Below, piece by piece: positions 31,454-42,096 of a stretch of 64,000 nucleotides of DNA. Origin of the DNA: an uncultured delta proteobacterium (GTDB lineage: Bacteria; Desulfobacterota; Binatia; Binatales; Binataceae); the NCBI GenBank assembly GCA_963711565.1, contig CAVQEQ010000001.1:1152001-1216000 (forward strand). Direction: 5' to 3'. How positions within the stretch are numbered: the stretch's first letter is position 1; every line of letters starts with the position of its first letter. Below the pieces are notes generated by a model. That model was not told where the DNA came from, did no database searches, and worked only from the letters and a program-made list of their open reading frames with translations. Both the position numbers and the translations under genes were made by a program.

Positions 31454-32320
31454 ATGCGTTTCACATTAATGCTTTCCCGAGGAGAGTATCGGGACTTCCA
31501 GGCGATCGCTCAGGCCGCGGAGGCGTCCGGCTGGAGTTCGATCACAATTCCGGACAGCCTCTTTTTTCCGCGCGCTACCGAGTCCGACTATCCCTACGCG
31601 GACACCAACAACATCCGGGAATACATTTCGGCGACTCCTTTCATCGAACCTTTCGTCGCGATGGCCTGGATGGCGGCGGTAACGAAGACGCTGCGATTTT
31701 ATCCTGCGGTCATGAAGGTGCCGGTGCGCCAGCCGCTTGTGATCGCCAAGGCGCTGAGCTCACTAGCCGTTATTTCGGGCAACCGTGTCAGTCTCGGTGC
31801 GGGTCTCGGTCCTTGGCGCGAGGACTTTGGCTACAATGGCATCGCGTTCGAGAAGCGCGGCAGGCTCATGAACGAGTGCATCGAGATCATCCGCGGCGCG
31901 ATGCGCGGCGGCTACTTCGAGTTTCATAGTGACAACTACGACATCGGGCCGATGAAGATGAATCCCGTGCCTGACAAACCGGTGCCAATCCTGTACGGCG
32001 GGCATAGCAAGGCCGCGCTCGCCCGCGCCGCCAGCCTGTGTGATGGCTGGATTTCTGCGAATGCCGATACCGATACCCTCAAGCGTCTAATCGGCGAACT
32101 TAATGCTCAGCGCGAGCGGTACGGGACCTTGCGCAGATCCGATTTCGAGATTCATGTGATGGACGTCACGGCGAGCACTGCGGACGACTTCAGGCGTCTC
32201 GTGGATCTCGGCGCTACCGACATCGTCACGGGCTTCGCGAGTGAAGGCCAGGACATGATCGATCGGGTGCGCCGCTTTGGGGAAAAGATAATCTCGCCGA
32301 TCGGGACGCACCGTCCCTAA
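31454..32320 (+). CDS. LLM-class (probably F420-dependent) oxidoreductase
   Basis: AQAAEASGW, EPFVAMAWMAAVT, LGAGLGPWREDF, PILYGGHS and CDGWI. Confidence 0.85.
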   Translation: MRFTLMLSRGEYRDFQAIAQAAEASGWSSITIPDSLFFPRATESDYPYADTNNIREYISATPFIEPFVAMAWMAAVTKTLRFYPAVMKVPVRQPLVIAKALSSLAVISGNRVSLGAGLGPWREDFGYNGIAFEKRGRLMNECIEIIRGAMRGGYFEFHSDNYDIGPMKMNPVPDKPVPILYGGHSKAALARAASLCDGWISANADTDTLKRLIGELNAQRERYGTLRRSDFEIHVMDVTASTADDFRRLVDLGATDIVTGFASEGQDMIDRVRRFGEKIISPIGTHRP

Positions 32321-32340
32321 GCTGGAAATCGACCGAGGAG

Positions 32341-32769
32341 ATGCAAATGGCCGATCAAGAAGGACTGTACAAGGAGCTCGAGCGCGGCAAAGTACTCGCG
32401 ATCGAGATCGAAGCGGAGAGCCGCACCGCGCTTTTCGGCCGCGCCGCCACCGCGCTGTCGCGAATCATGGTCCAGCCCGACGACATCAAGGTCGTGGATC
32501 GGCGCGAGATCGAAATCGTCGCCGACACCGATGTCGAAATGATGCACGACATACTGGCCTCCGCGGTGAACGTGTACCTCCGCGGTTTCGTCTGGCGCGA
32601 TGCCGAGAGCGAGGAGCGGGGCGGCCCGATCGTCGTGTGGCTCTCGGGCGAGCAGCGCGATCCGGATCGCCATCATCTGCTCACCGAGATCAAAGGGGTC
32701 CAGATGCATGAACTGGTCGTCGAGAACAGTGATGGCAAGTGGCGCAGCCGGATCACGTTCGACATCTGA
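32341..32769 (+). CDS. Archease family protein (atypical N-terminus)
   Basis: GEQRDPDRHHLLTEIKGVQMH...WRSRITFDI C-terminus and ~140 aa length match archease (EIKAVTYH...FDI). Confidence 0.75.
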   Translation: MQMADQEGLYKELERGKVLAIEIEAESRTALFGRAATALSRIMVQPDDIKVVDRREIEIVADTDVEMMHDILASAVNVYLRGFVWRDAESEERGGPIVVWLSGEQRDPDRHHLLTEIKGVQMHELVVENSDGKWRSRITFDI

Positions 32770-32870
32770 GCGATAGCTTCTCAATACCGGCTCGCCGCTC
32801 CGCAGTACGCGAGCATTCTAGCCGACCTCCGGTTGTGCGAATCGCCGTAAGTCCTTAATAAATAAGGGCT

Positions 32871-32966
32871 GGAGGAGGAAGGGGCCCGGTGGCCCCACCG
32901 GTCTTCAAAACCGGCTTGGCGGCTAATATTGTTGCCGGAGGGTTCGACTCCCTCCCCCCTCCGCCA
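32871..32966 (+). tRNA. selC: tRNA-Sec (anticodon TCA)
   Basis: 8-bp acceptor stem, 6-bp D stem GGGGCC/GGCCCC, CCGGT-CTTCAAA-ACCGG anticodon arm, long variable arm, GAGGG-TTCGACT-CCCTC T arm and GCCA end. Confidence 0.95.
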
Positions 32967-33532
32967 AGGTTGTTCCCATGCCACGGAAGTTTTCCGACGC
33001 CCCGCGGGTCTTCAAGGTACGCGCCAGACGTGCGCACGCGCTAACAGGGAAGCGCGATGACTCGGGTCGATTTATCTCGACAGCGTGAGCCAAGCAGCCA
33101 ATGCAGCACCGCAACCTTTTTCGAACCTTTTCGGCTTTGGTCTTGCCGTTCGTAATTCAAGCCTGCATTGTGTCCGGTCCGTCCGGCGCGCCGATCGGTG
33201 GCGGTTCGCCCGCCACCGATGAACCCGCCGTTCGATTCGTATGACTTCTGCATTCGGAACATTCCTGCGGTACCCCTTTGGGAGTGGGGCAAGTTCGAGG
33301 ACGAGCGGCGCGCCTGCTTTAGGCAGACAATTCAGGTGAACCACCTGACCTTGCCTGCTGGCACTACTGCTGACCAGGCGTTTGCCAACTACGATGCCTG
33401 CCTCAAGAAGAACGGGCACATAACCATCGGTATCGGAGGGTTGAACTTCAATGGCAACAAGCAGAATACCGTCCGCGAGAACTGTTTCACGAGCGCCGTG
33501 CGATAGGCACCGACTCCCTCCCGTCTCCGCCA
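32945..33532. mobile_element. Small islet bounded by direct repeats of the selC 3' end (att-like)
   Basis: CGACTCCCTCCCCCCTCCGCCA (32945-32966) versus CGACTCCCTCCCGTCTCCGCCA (33511-33532), 20/22 identical. Confidence 0.7.
33101..33506 (+). CDS. Hypothetical Cys-containing exported protein/lipoprotein, probably frameshifted
   Basis: ATG 33101 gives MQHRNLFRTFSALVLPFVIQAC (lipobox-like). An adjacent frame continues PPPMNPPFDSYDFC...ENCFTSAVR-stop. Confidence 0.4.
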
Positions 33533-33543
33533 GCGGTCGCATG

Positions 33544-35082
33544 TTAGCCGCCGCTATGAACCGAATTTTGGCCAGGCGTGTTGACATTCGGATCCTGGTT
33601 CGGCGGCAGTAGCGGCATCTGCAGCGTCTTCAGAAAGGTTACTACCGCCAACTGATCGGAATTTGATAGCGCCTCGAACTCAGTCTCCGAGTCCGTCGCT
33701 TCACCGCCGTGGGCGGTGATTGCCGCGTAAATGGTATCGAGATCGCCGCGATGGCCCCACGGCCCCGAATTGCCGGTATCCCACAGTTTGGCAGTGAGGA
33801 ACTGATTGTTTGGGATAGCGTAATTGCTGTCGGACGCCTGCAACGGAGAGGCGGGCTCGTTGCAGTAGTGGGGCTTGTTGCTGTCGCAGATCACGTGGCG
33901 CTTCAAATCGGTATATGCCGCGACTGACTTCCCGCTGATTCCTGTCTGGGACAGATTGAAGCAGTACGACTGCGAGGTGTCGTTGAAGGTGCCGGCAGGG
34001 TTTTGCGGATCGGGATCGCAAAACTGGCTGCTGGTGAGCGGGAGCGACGGCAGATGGCATCCGGCGCATCCAACCTGGTTGAAGACCTCGGCGCCATGGG
34101 CCGCCATCGTACGGTCGAGGCCCTGGGTAGAGACTATGGGCGCCGGCAGCGCGGCCTGAAATATCGTCACGGCCGTGATGTCGCCGATAAGGAGTTCGTT
34201 GGTCACGCCGTCCTCGTCGGGGTCGGTGCCGGTGCCAAAACGCTCGACCGCCTGCATCCCATGATGCTGATTCATCGCGGTGACGGTGAACTCGCGCAGC
34301 GAGCGGAACACGCCCTTGCGCGAAAACGGTTTTATCACCAGGTCGGGATCGACTCCGACAACGGCGTCGGTATCCACGCTGCCGTCCGGATTGGCGGTTA
34401 GCGCACCAAATGAAACACCCTTGGTAAGCAGGTTCACGGTGACGCTCTTGCCGGATGCCTCGGCGCTGGTGATCGCGCCCTGCTGCTCGTTCTGCAAATC
34501 AGTGGTCATCTGGCGCCCGAGCATCTCGATTGCGCCGGAGCCGAACATCCCGAGCGTGTTTCGTTCGTCCCAGGTATTGCTGAAATCCTCGTTAAGGATA
34601 ATCCGGGAGACCGGATCGGCGGCCTGCGCAAGCACGAACACATTGGCGGCGAAATCTCCGGCGCCGCCAGGCTGTGGCTGATTGTGACACCCCGCGCACG
34701 AGCTAGTCTCGGGCGCCGACACGCGGGTGAAGCGCGGCCCCATAACCGGGTCTGGGGTGCGCTCAACGCCGGTTCCGGTGGTGGCGGGGCGTCCTGCTCC
34801 GTCGCAAGCGTTGAAATTGGTGACAAAGGTCTGCTGCCCAAGCGCGAACACCCGGTTCAGCGGCATGTTCAGGATCGACTCCTGGCCGTAATGCATCGGC
34901 ATAGCCGGTGTATCGTTGAATCCCGGCGGACACGAGCGCACGAAGTCACTTAGGTCGGGTCCTTTTTCCATGTGGGCAGGCCGGGCTTCGTTCGGCGGGA
35001 TCGCGAAGGGCTCGGCGATTGCGGAAAGCGGGAGTCCAAGCAGGCATAGTGCTGCAACGACGAGGAAAGAAAGCCGGTGCAT
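33544..35082 (-). CDS. Periplasmic di-heme oxidoreductase (DHOR/thiol oxidoreductase family)
   Basis: Signal peptide, two CAGCH heme-binding motifs, FGSGAIE, YTDLKRH, AITAHGGEA and FLKTL. Confidence 0.85.
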   Translation of the reverse strand: MHRLSFLVVAALCLLGLPLSAIAEPFAIPPNEARPAHMEKGPDLSDFVRSCPPGFNDTPAMPMHYGQESILNMPLNRVFALGQQTFVTNFNACDGAGRPATTGTGVERTPDPVMGPRFTRVSAPETSSCAGCHNQPQPGGAGDFAANVFVLAQAADPVSRIILNEDFSNTWDERNTLGMFGSGAIEMLGRQMTTDLQNEQQGAITSAEASGKSVTVNLLTKGVSFGALTANPDGSVDTDAVVGVDPDLVIKPFSRKGVFRSLREFTVTAMNQHHGMQAVERFGTGTDPDEDGVTNELLIGDITAVTIFQAALPAPIVSTQGLDRTMAAHGAEVFNQVGCAGCHLPSLPLTSSQFCDPDPQNPAGTFNDTSQSYCFNLSQTGISGKSVAAYTDLKRHVICDSNKPHYCNEPASPLQASDSNYAIPNNQFLTAKLWDTGNSGPWGHRGDLDTIYAAITAHGGEATDSETEFEALSNSDQLAVVTFLKTLQMPLLPPNQDPNVNTPGQNSVHSGG

Positions 35083-35159
35083 GAGGTCCCTCCCAAAGCG
35101 CTACGAACTTGCGGACGCGCTGCGACAGGCAAACGCCACAGCCGGGTCTCGGGGAGTAG

Positions 35160-35175
35160 AGCAAACGGTGTGCCC
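35160..35175 (-). promoter_or_regulatory. Putative sigma54 (-24/-12) promoter for the di-heme protein
   Basis: Minus strand GGGCACACCGTTTGCT has GG-N10-GC spacing, about 80 nt upstream of the ATG. Confidence 0.5.
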
Positions 35176-35320
35176 GAAGTCTTAGAACGGATCTTTCGCC
35201 GAATCCGGCATCTTGCAGGCGGGAAAAGCGCAGCCTCGAACTGCGCCACGGTAATTTTTACTTCATGCCCCCTCTACTTGCTGGTCAGTTGTCGTTTGGC
35301 GTTTGCCTCCGGCAGGGTTG

Positions 35321-35363
35321 TAGTTCATTCTCTTGTTGAACTATGTAGTTCGCTAGATGAACT
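35321..35363. promoter_or_regulatory. Tandem inverted-repeat operators, probably for the downstream HxlR regulator
   Basis: TAGTTCA-N9-TGAACTA immediately followed by AGTTC-N7-GAACT, just before the AGGAG RBS. Confidence 0.55.
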
Positions 35364-35376
35364 CAGGAGACTCGCC

Positions 35377-37628
<2,252 letters not shown>

Positions 37629-37629
<1 letters not shown>

Positions 37630-38090
37630 TGCGGCGAACTCGCTTCGACGATTGGCCGTGTCCGATCGCGCGCACCACCGATCTGGTTGGCGATTGGTGG
37701 ACGCCGCTGGTGATGCGCGAGGCGTTCGTTGGCCGCCGCCGCTTCGAGGATTTCCAGCGCGCGCTTAAAGTTCCGCGCGCGGTGCTCGCCAAGCGGCTCG
37801 ATCGATTGGTCGATGAAGGTCTCTTGAAAAAAGTGCCGTACGAAGAGCATCCGCCGCGTTACGAATATCGCCTGACCGACAAGGGCCGCGCATTCTGGGA
37901 CGTGCTCGCTGCGATGTGGCGATGGGGCAGCGACTGGCTGTGGGGCGAGAATGGTCCGCCGGTGATGCTGGTCGACAACGAGACGGGCCTCGAAGTTCGG
38001 CCGCTGGTAGTCGACGAAAACACCGGTATTCGCCTGACCGGCCGCCGCCTGCGCATGAGCCGCAAGCCGGATGTCGCGCCGCCGAAATAG
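37629..38090 (+). CDS. HxlR family winged-helix regulator
   Basis: CPIARTTDLVGDWWTPLVMRE...RYEYRLTDKG. TGATG overlap. Confidence 0.92.
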
Positions 38091-38211
38091 GTTCGCCCGC
38101 TCAGTCCACGATTCCCACGTTTCGCCGTCTCCTTTACCTCTCATCCCGTCGCCGCTAACATCACTTCGTCCGCGATTCCATTTTCAATTCATCATCAAGG
38201 AGAATTCGCTC

Positions 38212-38736
38212 ATGGCGGAAGAACGCAAAGGCGCAGTTACGATGCGGGGAAACCCGATGACGCTGGTCGGCCCCGAAATCAAGGTCGGTCAAAAGGCCCC
38301 CAACTTCAATGTCGTCGGCAAGGGGATGGCACCGGCGACGCTCGATCAGTTCAAAGGCAAGGTGAAAATCATCACGACCATCCCGTCGATCGATACACCG
38401 GTCTGCGACGCCGAGACGCGCCGCTTCAACGTCGAGGCGAGCAACCTTCCCGGCGACGTGCAGATCCTGTCGGTCTCGATGGATCTGCCGTTCGCGCAGG
38501 CGCGATGGTGCGGCGCCGCGGGTGTGGACAAGGTCACGACGCTGAGCGACTGGCGCAGCGCGAGTTTCGGCACCGGCTACGGCGCGTTGATCAAGGAACT
38601 GCACCTGCTCGCGCGATGCGTATTTGTCGTGGACAAGAACGACAACGTGACCTACGTCGAGTACGTCAAGGAAATAGCGGAGCAACCCAACTTCGAAGCC
38701 GCGCTTGCGGCCGCAAAGAAAGCCGCTGCCGCCTGA
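38212..38736 (+). CDS. tpx: Thiol peroxidase (atypical 2-Cys peroxiredoxin)
   Basis: PSIDTPVC and SMDLPFAQARWCG. AAGGAG RBS. Confidence 0.95.
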   Translation: MAEERKGAVTMRGNPMTLVGPEIKVGQKAPNFNVVGKGMAPATLDQFKGKVKIITTIPSIDTPVCDAETRRFNVEASNLPGDVQILSVSMDLPFAQARWCGAAGVDKVTTLSDWRSASFGTGYGALIKELHLLARCVFVVDKNDNVTYVEYVKEIAEQPNFEAALAAAKKAAAA

Positions 38737-38761
38737 CGGAGAAAAGTCCTTGTCCAAGTCT

Positions 38762-38889
38762 TACCTCTCCGTTCGGGAGAGGTCGTGCGGCGACAGTCGG
38801 TTGCGCACGGGTGAGGGCGCTCGCATCGCGACGAATTCATGCGCCCTCACCCGCGCCCGGAGGCGCGTCCTCTCCCGGGGGGAGAGGTA
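38762..38889. repeat. REP-like inverted repeat pair
   Basis: TACCTCTCC..GGAGAGGTCG...CGGGTGAGGGCGC (38762-38820) is inverted by GCGCCCTCACCCG...CCTCTCCC..GGAGAGGTA (38841-38889). Confidence 0.75.
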
Positions 38890-38900
38890 GGAACTTCCCA

Positions 38901-39680
38901 ATGGACACCTCGACACCCAATCGCCACGCCTTTACCGACGCGCTCAAGCGCGGTCTCTACGAGGCGATCTTTCGCCGCCGCGACATCCGCGAGTTCATCT
39001 CCGATCCGATTCCCGACGAGGTGCTCGCGCGCGTGCTGATTGCCGCCCATCATGCGGCAAGCGTCGGCTTCACGCAGCCGTGGGACTTCATCGTCGTGCG
39101 CAGCCTCGAGCAGCGCCGGCGCGTGAAAGAAATCTTCGAAGCCGAGCGGCAAAAGAATGCGAACCAATTCAGCGGCGAGCGCCGCGAGAAATATCTCTCG
39201 CTCAAGCTCGAGGGCATCCTCGAAACTCCGCTCAACCTCATCGTCACCTGCAAGCCCGAACGCTTCGGCCCTGCCGTGCTCGGCAAGACCAGCATCCGCG
39301 ACGTTGAGATTTACTCGGCGTGCCTGGCGGTGGAGAACATGTGGCTGACGGCGCGCGCCGAGGGTCTCGGCATGGGATGGGTCAGCATCATCCGCAACGA
39401 CGCGCTCGCCGAAATCTTCGGTATTCCTGGCGATGTTATTCCTATCGCTTATCTATGCATCGGCTACGTCCGCGAATTTCCCGACCGCCCGATACTGGCG
39501 AGCAAGGATTGGGCACAGCGCCTGCCGCCGAAGTCGCTGATTCATTTCGATTCGTGGAATGATGCAGGCGACCGAACGTCACCAGCCGCCGAGTCGTTGC
39601 TGAAAAAGATCGATGACCATTCGATCTGGCTTTCGATCTTTCCCGAAGACTCCCCCGAGAAGCCCCCTTCCCGCGATTAG
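38901..39680 (+). CDS. bluB: 5,6-dimethylbenzimidazole synthase
   Basis: RRDIREF, AASVGFTQPWDF, LKLEGI, NMWLTARAEGLGMGWVS and YLCIG. Confidence 0.9.
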   Translation: MDTSTPNRHAFTDALKRGLYEAIFRRRDIREFISDPIPDEVLARVLIAAHHAASVGFTQPWDFIVVRSLEQRRRVKEIFEAERQKNANQFSGERREKYLSLKLEGILETPLNLIVTCKPERFGPAVLGKTSIRDVEIYSACLAVENMWLTARAEGLGMGWVSIIRNDALAEIFGIPGDVIPIAYLCIGYVREFPDRPILASKDWAQRLPPKSLIHFDSWNDAGDRTSPAAESLLKKIDDHSIWLSIFPEDSPEKPPSRD

Positions 39681-39805
39681 CTGCGGGAAAGGGGTTCGGA
39701 GGATCGGGCATTTACTGATTATCGCGTTTAGCGACGCAACCGGCGATTTGCGAAATCCTTACAGGATTGTCAGTTGCTATCGAGAATCGCTGCCAAGGCT
39801 AACGT

Positions 39806-39943
39806 TTAACGATGATGCCAGTCACCGTGGTAGTAGTGGCCACCGCCCCAATAAGGGCCAGGACCCACAAAGCATCCTGTCGCCGCAGTCATTACGGACA
39901 GCATAACGAGAGCTTGTAAGAAAACGATTATTCTCCTTTTCAT
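39806..39943 (-). CDS. 45-aa small lipoprotein, His/Tyr/Trp/Gly-rich
   Basis: MKRRIIVFLQALVMLSVMTAATGCFVGPGPYWGGGHYYHGDWHHR-TAA. GAGGTG RBS and ATG-C lipobox. Below the ORF-track cutoff. Confidence 0.75.
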   Translation of the reverse strand: MKRRIIVFLQALVMLSVMTAATGCFVGPGPYWGGGHYYHGDWHHR

Positions 39944-39971
39944 GATATTCACCTCACACCCCCTTTAGTAG

Positions 39972-39987
39972 TGCATAGGGGATGCCA
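39972..39987 (-). promoter_or_regulatory. Putative sigma54 promoter of the small lipoprotein
   Basis: Minus strand TGGCATCCCCTATGCA (TGGCA, GG-N10-GC), 28 nt upstream of the ATG. Confidence 0.6.
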
Positions 39988-40176
39988 GCCGCATGGGGCC
40001 GTAAATCAGGGACAATTTCGAGACGCATCCCCGTTGCATACACGAATTGGGGTGTCGTTTTTTCAGAGTACCAACCCGGCTGGGCAGGTAGACCCAAAGA
40101 TCGACGAGAAAGCTGACAAATGTTTGCGTCTCACCGCGAAGAAGTAGAATCCGACGTATCTGCGCCGATTGAGACG

Positions 40177-41067
40177 CTACGTTGCAAGGGTCTTCTTCAA
40201 GAAGTAATGGGTGTGTCCTATCGGATGATCTTCCAGTGTGCCGAAAATTCTGTAGCCAAGCTTCTCGTAGAACGGGCGCGCCTGGAAACTGAAGGTGTCG
40301 AGATAGGTGTACCTGCATCGGCGTTCGCGGGCATAAGTCTCGATCGCGGTCATGAGTTTTGTAGCGTAACCCTTTCCGCGATTCGCCGTATCGATCCATA
40401 CGTCGGAAACGTAGAGCCATAGACCCCAGGTATTGCCGAGTGCTCCGCCGAGGATCTCGCCGTCGTCACTTTGCAGAAACACATTAGCCAAAACCCATGT
40501 CTGTTCGGGCAGTCCTATAGCAGCATGCCCATGGCCCTGGATGCCGCGTGCAATGATTCCCTGCACGTCGGCTGAAGCGTACGGCTGCATCACGATCTTC
40601 GCAGGGTCCTGCGGATCTCTACGCTTGTGCTCGATTCCAGCGAGCGGCCGCTTCGTCAGAAAATAGCGGCGATGTTCCTTCACCGGATGATCGTCAAGTT
40701 CAGCGAACACGCGGTAGCCCAACTTTTCGTATAATGGCCGAGCTTCGTAACTCGCGGTCTGCAGAAAACCCGCCAGGCATCTTTTCGCGATTGCGTATTG
40801 TTCCGCCGCCGCCATCAGCTCGGTCGCATAGCCGCGCCCGCGCCACATCGCATCGACCCATAGCGAGCGCACATGCAACCATCCGCCGCCGACGTTCCCG
40901 AACAGCCCGCTCGCGATTGCGCCGTGCGCGTCCTTGATAACAAATATCACCGGGTAGGATTCAACGATCCCGGTTGCCGCAGTATTGTGACTACGCAGCC
41001 CCCGCTCGACCACCTCGCTCCAGGCCCTGGGTGCCTCCGGCCCAACTATAATGCGCGGTTCACTCAT
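40177..41067 (-). CDS. Tandem GNAT acetyltransferase (two YhhY-like domains)
   Basis: Two repeats of LWV/VWI..RGxGYATxLM..E and YEKLGYRxF. Confidence 0.9.
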   Translation of the reverse strand: MSEPRIIVGPEAPRAWSEVVERGLRSHNTAATGIVESYPVIFVIKDAHGAIASGLFGNVGGGWLHVRSLWVDAMWRGRGYATELMAAAEQYAIAKRCLAGFLQTASYEARPLYEKLGYRVFAELDDHPVKEHRRYFLTKRPLAGIEHKRRDPQDPAKIVMQPYASADVQGIIARGIQGHGHAAIGLPEQTWVLANVFLQSDDGEILGGALGNTWGLWLYVSDVWIDTANRGKGYATKLMTAIETYARERRCRYTYLDTFSFQARPFYEKLGYRIFGTLEDHPIGHTHYFLKKTLAT

Positions 41068-41183
41068 CTGGCTTCCGGCAGCTACTGTCTTATGAACGCT
41101 TGCGGCTGTGCAAGCCGCCGCTCACCCCACTCGCGCGTCACCGACCTGTGTTGAATCAGTCTAATCCGAGGCGGACAAGCCGG

Positions 41184-42008
41184 TTAGACATTTCGGCGTC
41201 GAGCTAACGTGCGCGGTCCCCAAACGACGGTTACGATCGCGGTCACAAAAGTCATGATGAGGCTGGTGACACGCGGATCGTAATATGAACCGTGGATCGG
41301 AAACAGTTGCCAGCTGACGTTGATCGTTGTGTGGAACAGAGCCGCGGCGAACACGCTCTTGCCTGTGTTGTTGTACAGCCAGACCATCACGACCCGTATC
41401 ATTACCGTGCCGAGACACCACCAGGCGATCCACGCCGGCGACCTGTGCGCCTGCATCAACGGTATGACGTGCCAGGCAGCCCAGACCAGTCCCAGTAGAA
41501 CTCCGGCCTGAAGCGCTCCCCACCGATCCTGCATTGGGTCAGTGATGTATCCAGACCAGCCCAGTTCTTCACCGACAGCGCCGATAAAGAACGCGCAGAA
41601 CATGGCCGCTGCCGCCAGAATCTGGAATTGCGGAGTTGGGAGCTGCGCCCCCTTCAGGCGCATCAGTCCATACGACAAGACCGTCACGCCGGGCATCAGG
41701 AGAAGGATAGGGATGTACCAGACCTTTGCCGTGATTCGCTGGTAGTCAAAGGATCGCTTCAGAAGCGCGATCACGCCAGCAATCTTGTTCTCGTCGTAGA
41801 CAAGAATCAAAGCCGCTGTCGCTGGGCAGACGAACATCAGCGCTGCCAGCGGCAGCCCCGGAAACAACTGCAGCCCGGTCTCGGCGCCAGCCAACCAGAA
41901 TGGAATGGAGAGAGCGAAAATCAAGAAGAAGAACTTCAGCGGTAACCTGCGCCGCGATGTAGGGGTATTCGCGGAATCCCCGGCAACTGATTGGGGCAAT
42001 CGTGACAT
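41184..42008 (-). CDS. CPBP/Abi (CAAX-type) intramembrane metalloprotease
   Basis: GEELGWSGY, WAAWH and LFHTTIN motifs with multiple TM helices. Confidence 0.88.
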   Translation of the reverse strand: MSRLPQSVAGDSANTPTSRRRLPLKFFFLIFALSIPFWLAGAETGLQLFPGLPLAALMFVCPATAALILVYDENKIAGVIALLKRSFDYQRITAKVWYIPILLLMPGVTVLSYGLMRLKGAQLPTPQFQILAAAAMFCAFFIGAVGEELGWSGYITDPMQDRWGALQAGVLLGLVWAAWHVIPLMQAHRSPAWIAWWCLGTVMIRVVMVWLYNNTGKSVFAAALFHTTINVSWQLFPIHGSYYDPRVTSLIMTFVTAIVTVVWGPRTLARRRNV

Positions 42009-42096
42009 CTTCGGTTCCTTAATAAATTGGCGATCGAGTGCCGCGCTCGCCGCCCGTCCTTGAAAGCCGACGCCGCCCATGATGCGATCACGCGGC

